A stretch of 64,000 nt of DNA from a virus. Its lineage: Duplodnaviria > Caudoviricetes. The stretch lies in the IMG/VR virus record IMGVR_UViG_3300008255_000098. The stretch is one strand, 5' to 3'. The position numbers were made by a program, and so were the translations under genes. The notes under the pieces were generated by a model, which saw nothing but the letters and a program-made list of their open reading frames with translations, did no database searches and was not told where the DNA came from. This document shows, in pieces, positions 27,486 through 37,290 of the stretch (its first letter is position 1; each line of letters opens with the position of its first letter).

Positions 27486-28319
27486 TTACGAACGTAATAA
27501 ACACTGGTTTGTAGTACAAATCTTATGTGTTGGATTTCTGTATTTGTGTAACAACCCCAATAAATCTACACTGGACGCAGCATACCCAATATAAGTGGCA
27601 TTCTGTATAAACGACGTGGTAACGCCAACGATTTCCCCACGGTCATTGAATAATGGTCCTCCAGATGCACCATGAGTTACGTTTGCTTGGTGAACCACCT
27701 CAGAGTGTCCGTTTGCAAGTCTTCTAATTGAGGAAACTATTCCTTGTGTAAATAACCAGAGTTCTCCTGCTGGCATCCCAATCTCATATACACGAGAACC
27801 AACTGTCGGTAGCGTGTCTGAAACTCTAAAAAAATGTTCTGAAGAACGTTCAGTACTAATAAGTTCAATTAGAGCAATATCTCTACCTGTGTCAAACTGA
27901 ACAACTTTTGTTTGGTGAATTGTAACTGCCAGAGTTTCAGCGCCACTTTCTATAGAATCATTATATTCCTGATGATTTACAATAAGAATTTCTCTTCCTA
28001 ATTCTGAAACACTTTCTACTGGCACGCTTTCTGCTGGCATTTCTATGCTTATGCCTGGAGCAACTTGCACTATATGTGTAGTAGGCGGAACTACACAATG
28101 ATTTGCAGTAGCTAAAATTCTCGGACTAATATAAAATGCAGTGCAAATCGGACTAAATAAACCAGAAGGCCCTTGCATTACAATTGCAGCAGTTGAATTT
28201 AGTGTGTCATTAATCATTACTGAAGAGTCAGTAAGGTGTCCACTATAAGCTGGACCTTGTACTTGACAACCAAACAAAGCAAAAACAACAAGTGCTATAA
28301 TTTTATTGTTGCTGCGCAT
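27486..28319 (-). CDS. Trypsin-like serine protease, predicted lipoprotein
   Basis: Lipobox-like LFGC; catalytic TANHC, DIALI, GASGGP. Confidence 0.9.
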   Translation of the reverse strand: MRSNNKIIALVVFALFGCQVQGPAYSGHLTDSSVMINDTLNSTAAIVMQGPSGLFSPICTAFYISPRILATANHCVVPPTTHIVQVAPGISIEMPAESVPVESVSELGREILIVNHQEYNDSIESGAETLAVTIHQTKVVQFDTGRDIALIELISTERSSEHFFRVSDTLPTVGSRVYEIGMPAGELWLFTQGIVSSIRRLANGHSEVVHQANVTHGASGGPLFNDRGEIVGVTTSFIQNATYIGYAASSVDLLGLLHKYRNPTHKICTTNQCLLRS

Positions 28320-28322
28320 TTG

Positions 28323-29207
28323 CTATCCCAGAGTTCCAATTTGTGCTAAGTTATCTAAACTTCTACTAGTTTCTAGTATCCTTATCAGAGTTTGAATATA
28401 ACTAATCGGCTTCGCTTCACCCACTACTGTTCCAGATCTATTGCTACTCCACCCAGCAGAATGAATTCCAACAATACGTCCTCTAAAATCCATAATAGGT
28501 GAACCAGAAGACCCTGGGCCAGTTCTCACCTGGTGTAAAATATCTATACTGTTGTTTCCTCTAATTTGAATTCTTGAGATAATACCATTTGTCAAAACCC
28601 AAATTTGTCCCACAGGCATTCCTATTGAATATGCTTCTTCGCCTGGCCTAAGAGGTTCTCTCTCAAGATTCCTCATGACCAGCCAATTCGGAGAAGGAGT
28701 TTGTCTATCTTTCAACTCTAATAAAGCAACATCGTGGTTATTTTCAGTATCTATTTCTACGACTGTAGCTGTCATATATTCAGGGTTGTTATGCTCTGTT
28801 GCGTTTGCAACCCTAGACCAATCATCATATTGATGGAAAGTCACAAATTGAATTTCATCCCCAACCGGGGAAGTTGTTCCAGGGAGACTAAGAGAAACCC
28901 CAGGTGCAACCTCAACAGTTTCTTCATGTACAACACAATGTGCGGCTGTGACTAATAGTTTTGGGCTAACAAAAGAAGCGGTACAATACGGTCCACGCAT
29001 TCCACCATTACCCACCTCAACCATGGCCACTACTGAATTATAGATGTCATCTAAGTGATCCGTGTTGCCTGGGATGTGCAGAGGTGGCATCGCCCCTCCG
29101 CAACTTACTATCAACGACGCAGTTATAGCAATTACAAATATCCAAATATTTTTAAAATTCATCCCAAATAACCTTCTATTTTCAATATGCGCACAAGTCG
29201 TACACAT
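28323..29207 (-). CDS. Trypsin-like serine protease, predicted lipoprotein
   Basis: Lipobox-like IVSC; catalytic TAAHC, DVALL, GSSGSP. Confidence 0.9.
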   Translation of the reverse strand: MCTTCAHIENRRLFGMNFKNIWIFVIAITASLIVSCGGAMPPLHIPGNTDHLDDIYNSVVAMVEVGNGGMRGPYCTASFVSPKLLVTAAHCVVHEETVEVAPGVSLSLPGTTSPVGDEIQFVTFHQYDDWSRVANATEHNNPEYMTATVVEIDTENNHDVALLELKDRQTPSPNWLVMRNLEREPLRPGEEAYSIGMPVGQIWVLTNGIISRIQIRGNNSIDILHQVRTGPGSSGSPIMDFRGRIVGIHSAGWSSNRSGTVVGEAKPISYIQTLIRILETSRSLDNLAQIGTLG

Positions 29208-29283
29208 ATTTTAACTATAGAGGCAATTTGTTAAAAGAGTATAAAATTTTATACAATTGATAAAATAAATTATTTTGTCTTAT

Positions 29284-31860
29284 TTATCCACATTTACTAT
29301 ATCCGCAGGACAGGCAAGTCGTACAACCTTCTTGATACACTAAAGACGTTTGTCCACATTCAGAACATATTTTTTTATTTATTTTTGTTCCATCTTTGAT
29401 ATAGCGTTTCAAAACTCTTTGTAGCCCTTTAGACAATGAAAACATGTCATTGTCTTTGCTCGCACCTTTTTCTAATTGTTCACAAACGTATTGCACCGGA
29501 ACACCGTGACGCAAAGCCAAAGAAATAGTTCTAGTAAAGGCGCTTTCAGTTGTGTTCTCAAAAACAGTTGCAAGATCTTTAATCACCAACTCATTTTCTC
29601 CGGTTCCAGTATATAGGTTGTAGGTTCCATTTTTTTTGATTATACCAGTTTTTCTATTTTTAGGCAAGGAAACATGCTCTGAACGTCCTGCGAAAACTTC
29701 ATATGGTCGGTCATCCAACAATCCAATGAAAAACTCCCATTTTTCGCCCTTTACTTGCATATGAAATATTTCACAATCAAGAATTTCTGGCCTCTTTATT
29801 GCATTATTATCGGTGAAAACATTTTCTTTTTTGGTAGAATCTGATTTTGTTTCCAACACTGCCGTTCTTGTTCCTTCACGATATGTTGTAATTCCTTTAA
29901 TGTTGTTTTTCCAAGCAGTGAGATATATGTCTTTAAACTCTTCATAAGGGTAATCATTTGGAACATTTACCGTTTTACTCACAGACATATTTGTATATTC
30001 TGCTGCGATTTTTAAAACATTTATATGTTCTTCAACTGATAAATTTTGTGCAGTTGCATATACTTCTTGATTTTCAAGTTCTTGTTCTGTCTTTCCTAGA
30101 ACATTTTTCAAAAACTTAAAACCGTAGTCTTCTAAAAATGTTTCTACAACCAATCCTCTATTTTTGTCAATCTCATAGTTTTTATCTTTATATGTTCCTT
30201 TAAGGATTTGTTCTTGTCCACGAGATGAAAAGCTCATATGTTCTGTTTCAAACCATTCGGACTTTGAAATATCTGGAAATTTGAATCCGCCTTCAATTAA
30301 ATCTCTTCTTCTGCCTTCGGGTACAATAGACCATCGAAAAAATCCTTTTCCGAAAACGGGCTCAATCCCACCAGAAACATTCCTAGCAAAAATTCCTGTG
30401 TTTCCTGTTGGGGCATTCATAGATTGATGAGAATTTCTCATTTCCCCTATAGCTTCGATTTCTTTTTTAATATTTTCAGAAATATCAAGATTTTCCCACC
30501 AATATGACGAAAAATATTTCTCTTTATCAAATAACTTATATGAGCCTTTTTCTTTTCCTAATAGTGCCGAGGCCATAAGTTCCGTTTCGGCTTTTAATTT
30601 GAAAATTTCACGTGTAAGCTCCATAGATTTTTTAGAACCATATTTGGTTCCCAACATGATATGAATGGAACCAAGCCCCATTACACCAACGCCAATTCGT
30701 CTCTTTTCAAGAACAGCTTTTTTATATTCAGGTAGTGGCATTTCAGAAATATCATTTATATTATCTAAAAATCTAATAGCCGTAGCTACAGTTTCAGAAA
30801 AATCTGCAAAATCAAAATATGGGACATTTTTCTCATCAAGTTTGATAAACATTGCTAGATTAACTGAACCAAGATTACATGCTCCAGTAGACATGACGAC
30901 TTCACCACAAGGGTTTGTCGTCATAATTTTTTCATACCAATATCCAGGATTGAGTTTGTTTGCTAAGTCTAAAAATAGTACCCCAGGCTCAGCCCTCTCA
31001 TAGGTAGACTTCATTATCAAATCCCAGATTGATCTGGCTTTTACTGTATCATAAACTATTACTGGATTCCCTTTTTGTTCCCAGTCATAGATATCTCCAA
31101 ACCACTCAGTGTTATATTCTGGGACCTCAGTATTAGGATATTTCAATTCCCAATTTTTGTCTTCTATAACAGCAGACATAAACCCTTCGGTAATTCCAAC
31201 CGACATATTAAATTTTTCGAGTCTGCCTTCAGTATGTTTTGCAACTATAAAATCTAAAATTTCTGGATGCCAAACATTTAGAACGAGCATTTGGGCGCCC
31301 TTCCTAATTTTGTTTTTTTCGTCTGGCCTTCTGCTTCCCAGAATTTTTGTTGAGCCCTGTGTTATTACCTCAGAGGATTTGTCCCACAACTCCATGAATT
31401 TAAGTACCCCTGGGGTACGTGAGCCAATCCCTTTTACATATGAACCAGCGGGTCTAATCCAAGATGCATTTATACCATACCCACCTTCAGATTTGAGGGT
31501 TTTGGCTTGTGCCTTAAGCATGTCATAAATGCCGTCAATACTGTCGCAATCTTTCAAATTAATATCAGCAGGGTTATGGACAAAACAATTAAACAAGGTG
31601 GTTGCGTTTCTAGAGTCTATTCCTAAGTTGGCTAATATTCTTCCAGCGGGAACAAACCTATCGTTATAAACCGCTTTTTTAAATTCTGTTTTTATTACAT
31701 CTCTAATTCCTTCTTTTTCAATCTCCGCACAGTTTTGTGCTATCCTGTCCCAAGTATCTTTTCTTATAAGGTCTTTTGGACCTTTGTAATTGTCCTCCCA
31801 AACTTCTATTGAAAGTGCGTCATATTCAAAATTATTTATTATTTCCATGTCTTTTCCCAA
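29284..31860 (-). CDS. nrdJ: Ribonucleoside-diphosphate reductase, class II (adenosylcobalamin-dependent)
   Basis: RFVPAGRILAN, TLFNC, TNPCGE, CNLGSVNL, APTG; C-terminal TSCPD-like region plus Cys ribbon (CSEC...CLSCGYSKC). Confidence 0.88.
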   Translation of the reverse strand: MGKDMEIINNFEYDALSIEVWEDNYKGPKDLIRKDTWDRIAQNCAEIEKEGIRDVIKTEFKKAVYNDRFVPAGRILANLGIDSRNATTLFNCFVHNPADINLKDCDSIDGIYDMLKAQAKTLKSEGGYGINASWIRPAGSYVKGIGSRTPGVLKFMELWDKSSEVITQGSTKILGSRRPDEKNKIRKGAQMLVLNVWHPEILDFIVAKHTEGRLEKFNMSVGITEGFMSAVIEDKNWELKYPNTEVPEYNTEWFGDIYDWEQKGNPVIVYDTVKARSIWDLIMKSTYERAEPGVLFLDLANKLNPGYWYEKIMTTNPCGEVVMSTGACNLGSVNLAMFIKLDEKNVPYFDFADFSETVATAIRFLDNINDISEMPLPEYKKAVLEKRRIGVGVMGLGSIHIMLGTKYGSKKSMELTREIFKLKAETELMASALLGKEKGSYKLFDKEKYFSSYWWENLDISENIKKEIEAIGEMRNSHQSMNAPTGNTGIFARNVSGGIEPVFGKGFFRWSIVPEGRRRDLIEGGFKFPDISKSEWFETEHMSFSSRGQEQILKGTYKDKNYEIDKNRGLVVETFLEDYGFKFLKNVLGKTEQELENQEVYATAQNLSVEEHINVLKIAAEYTNMSVSKTVNVPNDYPYEEFKDIYLTAWKNNIKGITTYREGTRTAVLETKSDSTKKENVFTDNNAIKRPEILDCEIFHMQVKGEKWEFFIGLLDDRPYEVFAGRSEHVSLPKNRKTGIIKKNGTYNLYTGTGENELVIKDLATVFENTTESAFTRTISLALRHGVPVQYVCEQLEKGASKDNDMFSLSKGLQRVLKRYIKDGTKINKKICSECGQTSLVYQEGCTTCLSCGYSKCG

Positions 31861-31874
31861 GTATTTTTCAAAAT

Positions 31875-34319
31875 TTATATGTTATTCTGCATTTCTCGCA
31901 ATTTCTTTCTAACAAAAGAATGTTCATCTTCGCTTATAGTACTTGTGTACTCACTTACTTCTTGGTCAGTAAGAATCCTAAGTTTAGATTTTGCAGTATC
32001 TAAATGAATCTGATATTTGATTCCATCAATACCTGCTCTGTTTTTAGCTATAAAAATGTTGCCAAATCCTGTTGCCTTGTTTGCAGATTTACGTAAAAGG
32101 CCTACAACAAAATCAGCCACGTGCGCTTGTCCGTACCCTTCAGCCATGTTTGTTAAATCAACAACGTCACTGTTAGCACCTTCTTTATTAGACTGAATCG
32201 CAGTCCAAATTGGAACATCAAGTTCGGTAGCTAATGCTCGCAACTCTTCCATAACCTTCTTCAATTCCAGTCTTAAAAGTTCATAACGGTCAGATGAACG
32301 CATAATACCAGCATAATCTACTAGAATTATATTTGGTACAAAGCCTTGTGTCGAAAGTTTGTCAATGTGGCCTCTAAGAGTCATAGCTGAGGCACTCGCA
32401 GTTGGGTAGTACTTGATCCTGAGTCTTCCAAGATTTTCTTTGTTTTCTTGGTAATATGTTTTGATTTCTTCTTTACAATCAAAACATTCGAGACTAGGAA
32501 TATCCATAATATGTGAGTCATATCTAATACCCATTGCTCTTTCGTTGAGTTCAAATGTGTAATGTAAAACATTACGTTTATGCAATAATGCCTGAGCACC
32601 CACATGAACTAAAAAGTGTGATTTTCCACAATTATGATGAACTATGAAATCTCCCGTTAGATATAAATGATCGCCTGTTAAAGTAAACCCGTAAAAATCA
32701 TCTTGTTCAAGAGCTTCAATTTCAAACCCGATGCGAGAAACATCTTTAATTTGACATCGTGGTTTTGCTTGTTTTCTTGCAAGACGTGTTGGTACAATTG
32801 ACGTTTCACCAAAAATTGTTACAGCATAGCACGTTCCAGAATAATTATTTTGACAACTTTTACTTGTCTTTTCGCTATAAGAAGCTAAACCTAAGCTTTT
32901 ACTTAAAAAGACAATATCATCAGCTAGTTGTTTGGATTTTGTTATATGACAAAAACACTTATTATTCAAATAACCACATGCGTCCAATAAGCCAGCAAGC
33001 ATTTCCAATCTATTTTTTCTGGAAGCAACTTTGTATTGTTGTGGAATAAATTTGTTCCCACCCTTCTTGCCCGCCAACCCAAGTTCGGACAAAATCTTTA
33101 CTATAGAATTGTTGTGTTTATAACCATTTGTAATGTAGTAGCCAGCTGTTTTATTCCCTTCTTTAGGGAGGCTTGAAATTCTAAACCCTGCGTTTGGAGC
33201 GAATTGCTGCCATTCATTTAAAATTTCCTCATCAGCTGTCGTTAGTTCAACTCTGTTTTTGTTGATAAAATCGCCGCCCAATAATGTTCCCAAAAGGTAC
33301 GGAGGAATTGGCAATTTTGTCTGGTATGTTTCTTCAAAAGACACACCTTTTGTGTATAACTTATATTGGTGTTTGAACGTTTTGCTCTTGTCTAAATAGT
33401 CTTTAACAGAAATGTTAATAACTTCGCCGTTCTTTTTTGGGTTTCTACTTTTGCACCCAAGATTTGTTCTCTGCAAAGAAAGAATATGATTTTCGTTGAC
33501 AACAAACGAGTCTCCCTTATTGGGAGTAATTTTGTACATGTTTTCTTTTCCACGTACTAATTTTAATACCCTTCTTGGTTTACTGTCCGACCCCATTATT
33601 AGGTCGCCGACTTGAATATCTTCAATTTTTTCCAAAGTCCCGTTATAGGTGAGAATTTCTGTACCTTTTGCATGACACCCAGTTGGAGCAATACACACTC
33701 CAAGTTCTCCAGCGCCAAGTCCACCGTTCAAGATTTTTCTTTGGTCTAATTCAGGAATACCAGTTGGTACTGTTTTTCGTGCTGTCTCAGAATATCTACT
33801 TTCAACATCTTCAAAAAGATCTAATCCCGGAGAATGATGATTCCCCGCATTAATTGCGGTTTTAACAACATCAATTACTTTGTCATATTTTTCTGATTCA
33901 ATTAGACCGACACTATCCATAAGCGCCTGGTGCAATCTTCTTCTTTTACAGAAGTCTAATGCTTTTTCTTTAACATGCGGTAAATCACCTAGGTCTTGGT
34001 TTGTGGCAACCTTTTTAAGAAAGGTTTTAATTTGGTCTAAAAGAAGCTTATCGTTCTGATTTTTCAATTCAGTTTTAAGCATTGTGATCAGCAACTCTGT
34101 TGATGGAAACTCCTTATATTTCCTATAATAGGACAAATAGGTTGAGGTTACCAACTTCAAATAACTAAATTGAAAAAAATCAATGTCGATAACTTCATTT
34201 AATTGTGAAGCCCACTGTCTGTCCATTATTAGGGCTTGGACTATTTTCTCTTGGAAAGATTTATCAAATGAAAAATGTGTAGGTTGTTGTTGTTGTTGTT
34301 CTGTCATTTCTTCTTGCAT
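31875..34319 (-). CDS. dnaB: Replicative DNA helicase (DnaB/gp41-like) with intein
   Basis: GLGAGELGV.IAPTG|intein|CGKS Walker A, ILVDYAGIM, WTAIQSNK, KNRAG. Confidence 0.92.
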   Translation of the reverse strand: MQEEMTEQQQQQPTHFSFDKSFQEKIVQALIMDRQWASQLNEVIDIDFFQFSYLKLVTSTYLSYYRKYKEFPSTELLITMLKTELKNQNDKLLLDQIKTFLKKVATNQDLGDLPHVKEKALDFCKRRRLHQALMDSVGLIESEKYDKVIDVVKTAINAGNHHSPGLDLFEDVESRYSETARKTVPTGIPELDQRKILNGGLGAGELGVCIAPTGCHAKGTEILTYNGTLEKIEDIQVGDLIMGSDSKPRRVLKLVRGKENMYKITPNKGDSFVVNENHILSLQRTNLGCKSRNPKKNGEVINISVKDYLDKSKTFKHQYKLYTKGVSFEETYQTKLPIPPYLLGTLLGGDFINKNRVELTTADEEILNEWQQFAPNAGFRISSLPKEGNKTAGYYITNGYKHNNSIVKILSELGLAGKKGGNKFIPQQYKVASRKNRLEMLAGLLDACGYLNNKCFCHITKSKQLADDIVFLSKSLGLASYSEKTSKSCQNNYSGTCYAVTIFGETSIVPTRLARKQAKPRCQIKDVSRIGFEIEALEQDDFYGFTLTGDHLYLTGDFIVHHNCGKSHFLVHVGAQALLHKRNVLHYTFELNERAMGIRYDSHIMDIPSLECFDCKEEIKTYYQENKENLGRLRIKYYPTASASAMTLRGHIDKLSTQGFVPNIILVDYAGIMRSSDRYELLRLELKKVMEELRALATELDVPIWTAIQSNKEGANSDVVDLTNMAEGYGQAHVADFVVGLLRKSANKATGFGNIFIAKNRAGIDGIKYQIHLDTAKSKLRILTDQEVSEYTSTISEDEHSFVRKKLREMQNNI
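32631..33677 (-). mobile_element. Intein (349 aa) with LAGLIDADG-type endonuclease domain in the helicase P-loop
   Basis: N-terminal CHAKGT, block B HILSL, C-terminal FYGFTL...VHHN followed by Cys+1; LAGLIDADG-like YLLGTLLGGD and LAGLLDACG. Confidence 0.92.
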
Positions 34320-34571
34320 TTACGTGCTCCGATTATTTTTGGATATAGTAGTTTTATCATCCACACAAACATTTTTAAACGCCGATAGAAAGAAAGTTTA
34401 TTCTATAAAAAAATTGTTTCAGAGCTGGTGGTCTCCATAAAGAGATCTCTGACTCATAAAATTCCATTTAGTTATAATGTTTGTAAAATAAAATTTTTTA
34501 CAAAAACTTACCTGCAAAATATTTACTTATTGTATGAAATTGCCCATGTTTAAAACACAATAACAAAATTA

Positions 34572-35081
34572 GTGTATAAAGAAAATAAAGAATTTAGTGG
34601 CAATTATACTGCTGACGAAGACTCTGGTTATGATAGAGAAGACACCTACGTAAATCCAGAAGACAACAAAAAATTTTGGGGTACCCGAGCAGGCGGGATT
34701 TTGTTAGTGGCCAAAGATACAAAACATGTTTTGTTATTATTAAGAAGTCAAGACGTCTATGAACCCGGAACATGGGGTATGCCTGGCGGAAAAGTAGATG
34801 GAGACGAAAGCACAGAAACTGCTGTGCGTCGTGAGGTCAGAGAAGAAATGAACTATACCAAGAAATTTTCCATGATTCCTTCGTACACCTTCTCTTCAGG
34901 AGAGTTTAAATATTATAATTTTCTTGGGGTTGTCTCAAAAGAGTTCGCTCCAAGACTTGATTGGGAAAATGATGATTTTGGGTGGTTTAATTTAGAAAAT
35001 TTACCAAGCCCACTTCATTTTGGAGTTGTAGCTCTCTTAAAAAACTCATTCAGTGAAATCAAAGATTTAGTAACAGTTTAA
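34572..35081 (+). CDS. Nudix hydrolase
   Basis: PGTWGMPGGKVDGDESTETAVRREVREE; LHFGV. Confidence 0.9.
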   Translation: MYKENKEFSGNYTADEDSGYDREDTYVNPEDNKKFWGTRAGGILLVAKDTKHVLLLLRSQDVYEPGTWGMPGGKVDGDESTETAVRREVREEMNYTKKFSMIPSYTFSSGEFKYYNFLGVVSKEFAPRLDWENDDFGWFNLENLPSPLHFGVVALLKNSFSEIKDLVTV

Positions 35082-36094
35082 AATGTCATTAAAGAACGCA
35101 TCTGACTTGCTAAATTTTCAAAATCAAATGAAACTGTCAACCCGGAAGAAATTACTTCTTTAATTAAAGAAACTTTATTCATTTTTGGTTCATGATTTTC
35201 AATAATATAATTTATTTTTGCAATTTCTTTTGCGGATAACATCCCTGGAGAAAGAGTCATAAGTCTCCAATTTCTTCGAATGATGTCTTCTGATTCCTTG
35301 ACTTGTTTAAAGGTTTTTTGTTTTGCCTTGTTGTTAATTTGTTTAACACATTCTTGTAAAATCATTCCAGTATCTATGTCTCTTGTCCTATCAGACACTT
35401 CTGGAAAGCGTTTGAGTACTGTTTTCAATCCAACCCCAATAACTCCGTCGATGTTATCGCTTGGATCTCCAACCATTGATCTGGCCATACAAAAATTCCT
35501 TGGTGCAATACCAAATTTTTTATATACTGCATTTCCGTCAACTATTTCACGCTTAGAGTGATCATAAATGGTGATTGTTTCATCTTCTAATAATTGATAG
35601 AAATCTTTATCGTTAGAAACGATAATTTTATCTGTTTTGTCAGTTCTAAAATATTGAGTTGCTATATAAGAAACAACATCGTCACATTCAGTTCCACTAA
35701 CAAACACTTGACACGCAGGAGTAAAACTCAAAAGTCTGTATAGTTGCGTTAGTTGTTTAACTCGTGTTTCGTGGTCATATTTTAAAGAATCTTTCATAGA
35801 GGCAGACCCAGATTTGAGCTTCTTAAATTCTTTGATTTTACCACGATTTGCTTTATAATCCTTGTAAATGGACTTTCTTTTAGCCGAACCACCACCAGAC
35901 TCCCAAACAACGAAAACTTTAGATGGCGAAAATATATCTATAGCATGATTCATAAACCTAAGAAATCCTACCACACCTCCGACTAATTCGCTTTTACTAT
36001 TTACAGTACCGTTAACAAGAAAATGTCTAATAAAAACATTCATCCCATCGATAATCAAATATGGTCTATTCTTTTTTGTATTTTCTATATTCAT
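35078..36094 (-). CDS. 5'-3' exonuclease / T4 RNase H-like flap nuclease
   Basis: LIIDGMN, YKANR, ECDD, SNDKDFYQL, GDPSDNIDGV.GVG.KT. Confidence 0.92.
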   Translation of the reverse strand: MNIENTKKNRPYLIIDGMNVFIRHFLVNGTVNSKSELVGGVVGFLRFMNHAIDIFSPSKVFVVWESGGGSAKRKSIYKDYKANRGKIKEFKKLKSGSASMKDSLKYDHETRVKQLTQLYRLLSFTPACQVFVSGTECDDVVSYIATQYFRTDKTDKIIVSNDKDFYQLLEDETITIYDHSKREIVDGNAVYKKFGIAPRNFCMARSMVGDPSDNIDGVIGVGLKTVLKRFPEVSDRTRDIDTGMILQECVKQINNKAKQKTFKQVKESEDIIRRNWRLMTLSPGMLSAKEIAKINYIIENHEPKMNKVSLIKEVISSGLTVSFDFENLASQMRSLMTF

Positions 36095-36149
36095 TTGTGT
36101 TTCTCGTTTAAAGTATCTATTATAGATTTTATTACAAAAACAAATTTAT

Positions 36150-36704
36150 TTAAACTAGTTTCATTTCAATTTCTAATAGTAAATCATCTGGGTTATGAAG
36201 AACTAAATTTTTACCAATAGAATTTGACTGTAAAACTACCCATTTAATAGAGTCTTTATGTAAGACTTTGTGAAATAGATAAATATCATAAAATCCTGGC
36301 CTGTAAGTTGCGGTGTGAAACGGTCTAATAAAAATTATATTGTCACCTAGCGACATGCCAACACAATCTTCTGACATAACTACTTCTTGCATTGTTTGTT
36401 TTGTTAGATCGGGGAAAATTGCGATTCCATTTTGGCTAAATTTAATAAAATCCATTTCAGAGTTATCACAGATAGAGATTTTCTTGTTTCTTAATAAATT
36501 AGAAATGAAAGAATCTGGTACATATTCAAAACTAACTGTATCTCTATCTGTTGTTGACCATAATCCTTTGACATGTTTTTTTTGTTCGTAGTACCATTGT
36601 TTTGTAGATAAAAACACATTTCCGTTATTCGAAATATATAAACCTCTAAAAAGAGTTCCAGCCTGTACACTAAATAAATTTCTAAGTGTTTTTATAGTTT
36701 CCAC
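36150..36704 (-). CDS. Hypothetical protein
   Basis: 184-aa ORF in operon context. Confidence 0.7.
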   Translation of the reverse strand: METIKTLRNLFSVQAGTLFRGLYISNNGNVFLSTKQWYYEQKKHVKGLWSTTDRDTVSFEYVPDSFISNLLRNKKISICDNSEMDFIKFSQNGIAIFPDLTKQTMQEVVMSEDCVGMSLGDNIIFIRPFHTATYRPGFYDIYLFHKVLHKDSIKWVVLQSNSIGKNLVLHNPDDLLLEIEMKLV

Positions 36705-36737
36705 TTCAAATATAAATATCTGAGTATGACCAAATTA

Positions 36738-37283
36738 TTATTTAATACCAGTGGAACCAAATCCTCCGTCGCCTCTTTCGGTTTCACTTAGCATTTTAAT
36801 CTCAACAACTTTTGGTTGTTCGACGGCGGCGATTACTAGTTGTGCTATTCTGTCGCCTTCATTTATGAAAAATATTTCTTTTCCATGATTAATCAAAATT
36901 ACTTTGATCTCACCACGATAGCCAGCATCTATGGTTCCTGGACTATTGAGAACCACCACATGATGCTTAGCGGCAAGGCCCGACCGTGAGCGTACCTGAG
37001 CCTCTGTTCCACTTTTAAGTTGTATGGCTAATCCAGTTTGTACTATTTGTACTTCCCCAGGAGGAATATTGTAAAATGATGTAGAGCGCAAATCCATCCC
37101 GGCATCATCTTTATTCTCATATCTTGGCAAAACTGCTTTGGGTGATAGTTTCAAAAATTCTACTATCATTTCTTTTCCATCTAAAACGGGGTTATGTGGT
37201 TTATTCCAGTCAACGTTATTTATTTCTTGTCCTATTTTTGCTGTTTGTTTATAAAATTCTACTTTTCTTTTTGTATTTTGCAT
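36738..37283 (-). CDS. dut: dUTPase (trimeric)
   Basis: AGMDL, RSRSGLA, GTIDAGYRGEI, RIAQLV, RGDGGFGSTG; start at ATG 37283 with AGGA SD. Confidence 0.96.
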   Translation of the reverse strand: MQNTKRKVEFYKQTAKIGQEINNVDWNKPHNPVLDGKEMIVEFLKLSPKAVLPRYENKDDAGMDLRSTSFYNIPPGEVQIVQTGLAIQLKSGTEAQVRSRSGLAAKHHVVVLNSPGTIDAGYRGEIKVILINHGKEIFFINEGDRIAQLVIAAVEQPKVVEIKMLSETERGDGGFGSTGIK

Positions 37284-37290
37284 GTTATCC

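Noticed and set aside
34275-34310. Poly-Gln (CAA)n run at the helicase N-terminus
   Set aside because: Short low-complexity tract (QQQQQ) in a disordered N-terminus, with no evidence of functional repeat variation.
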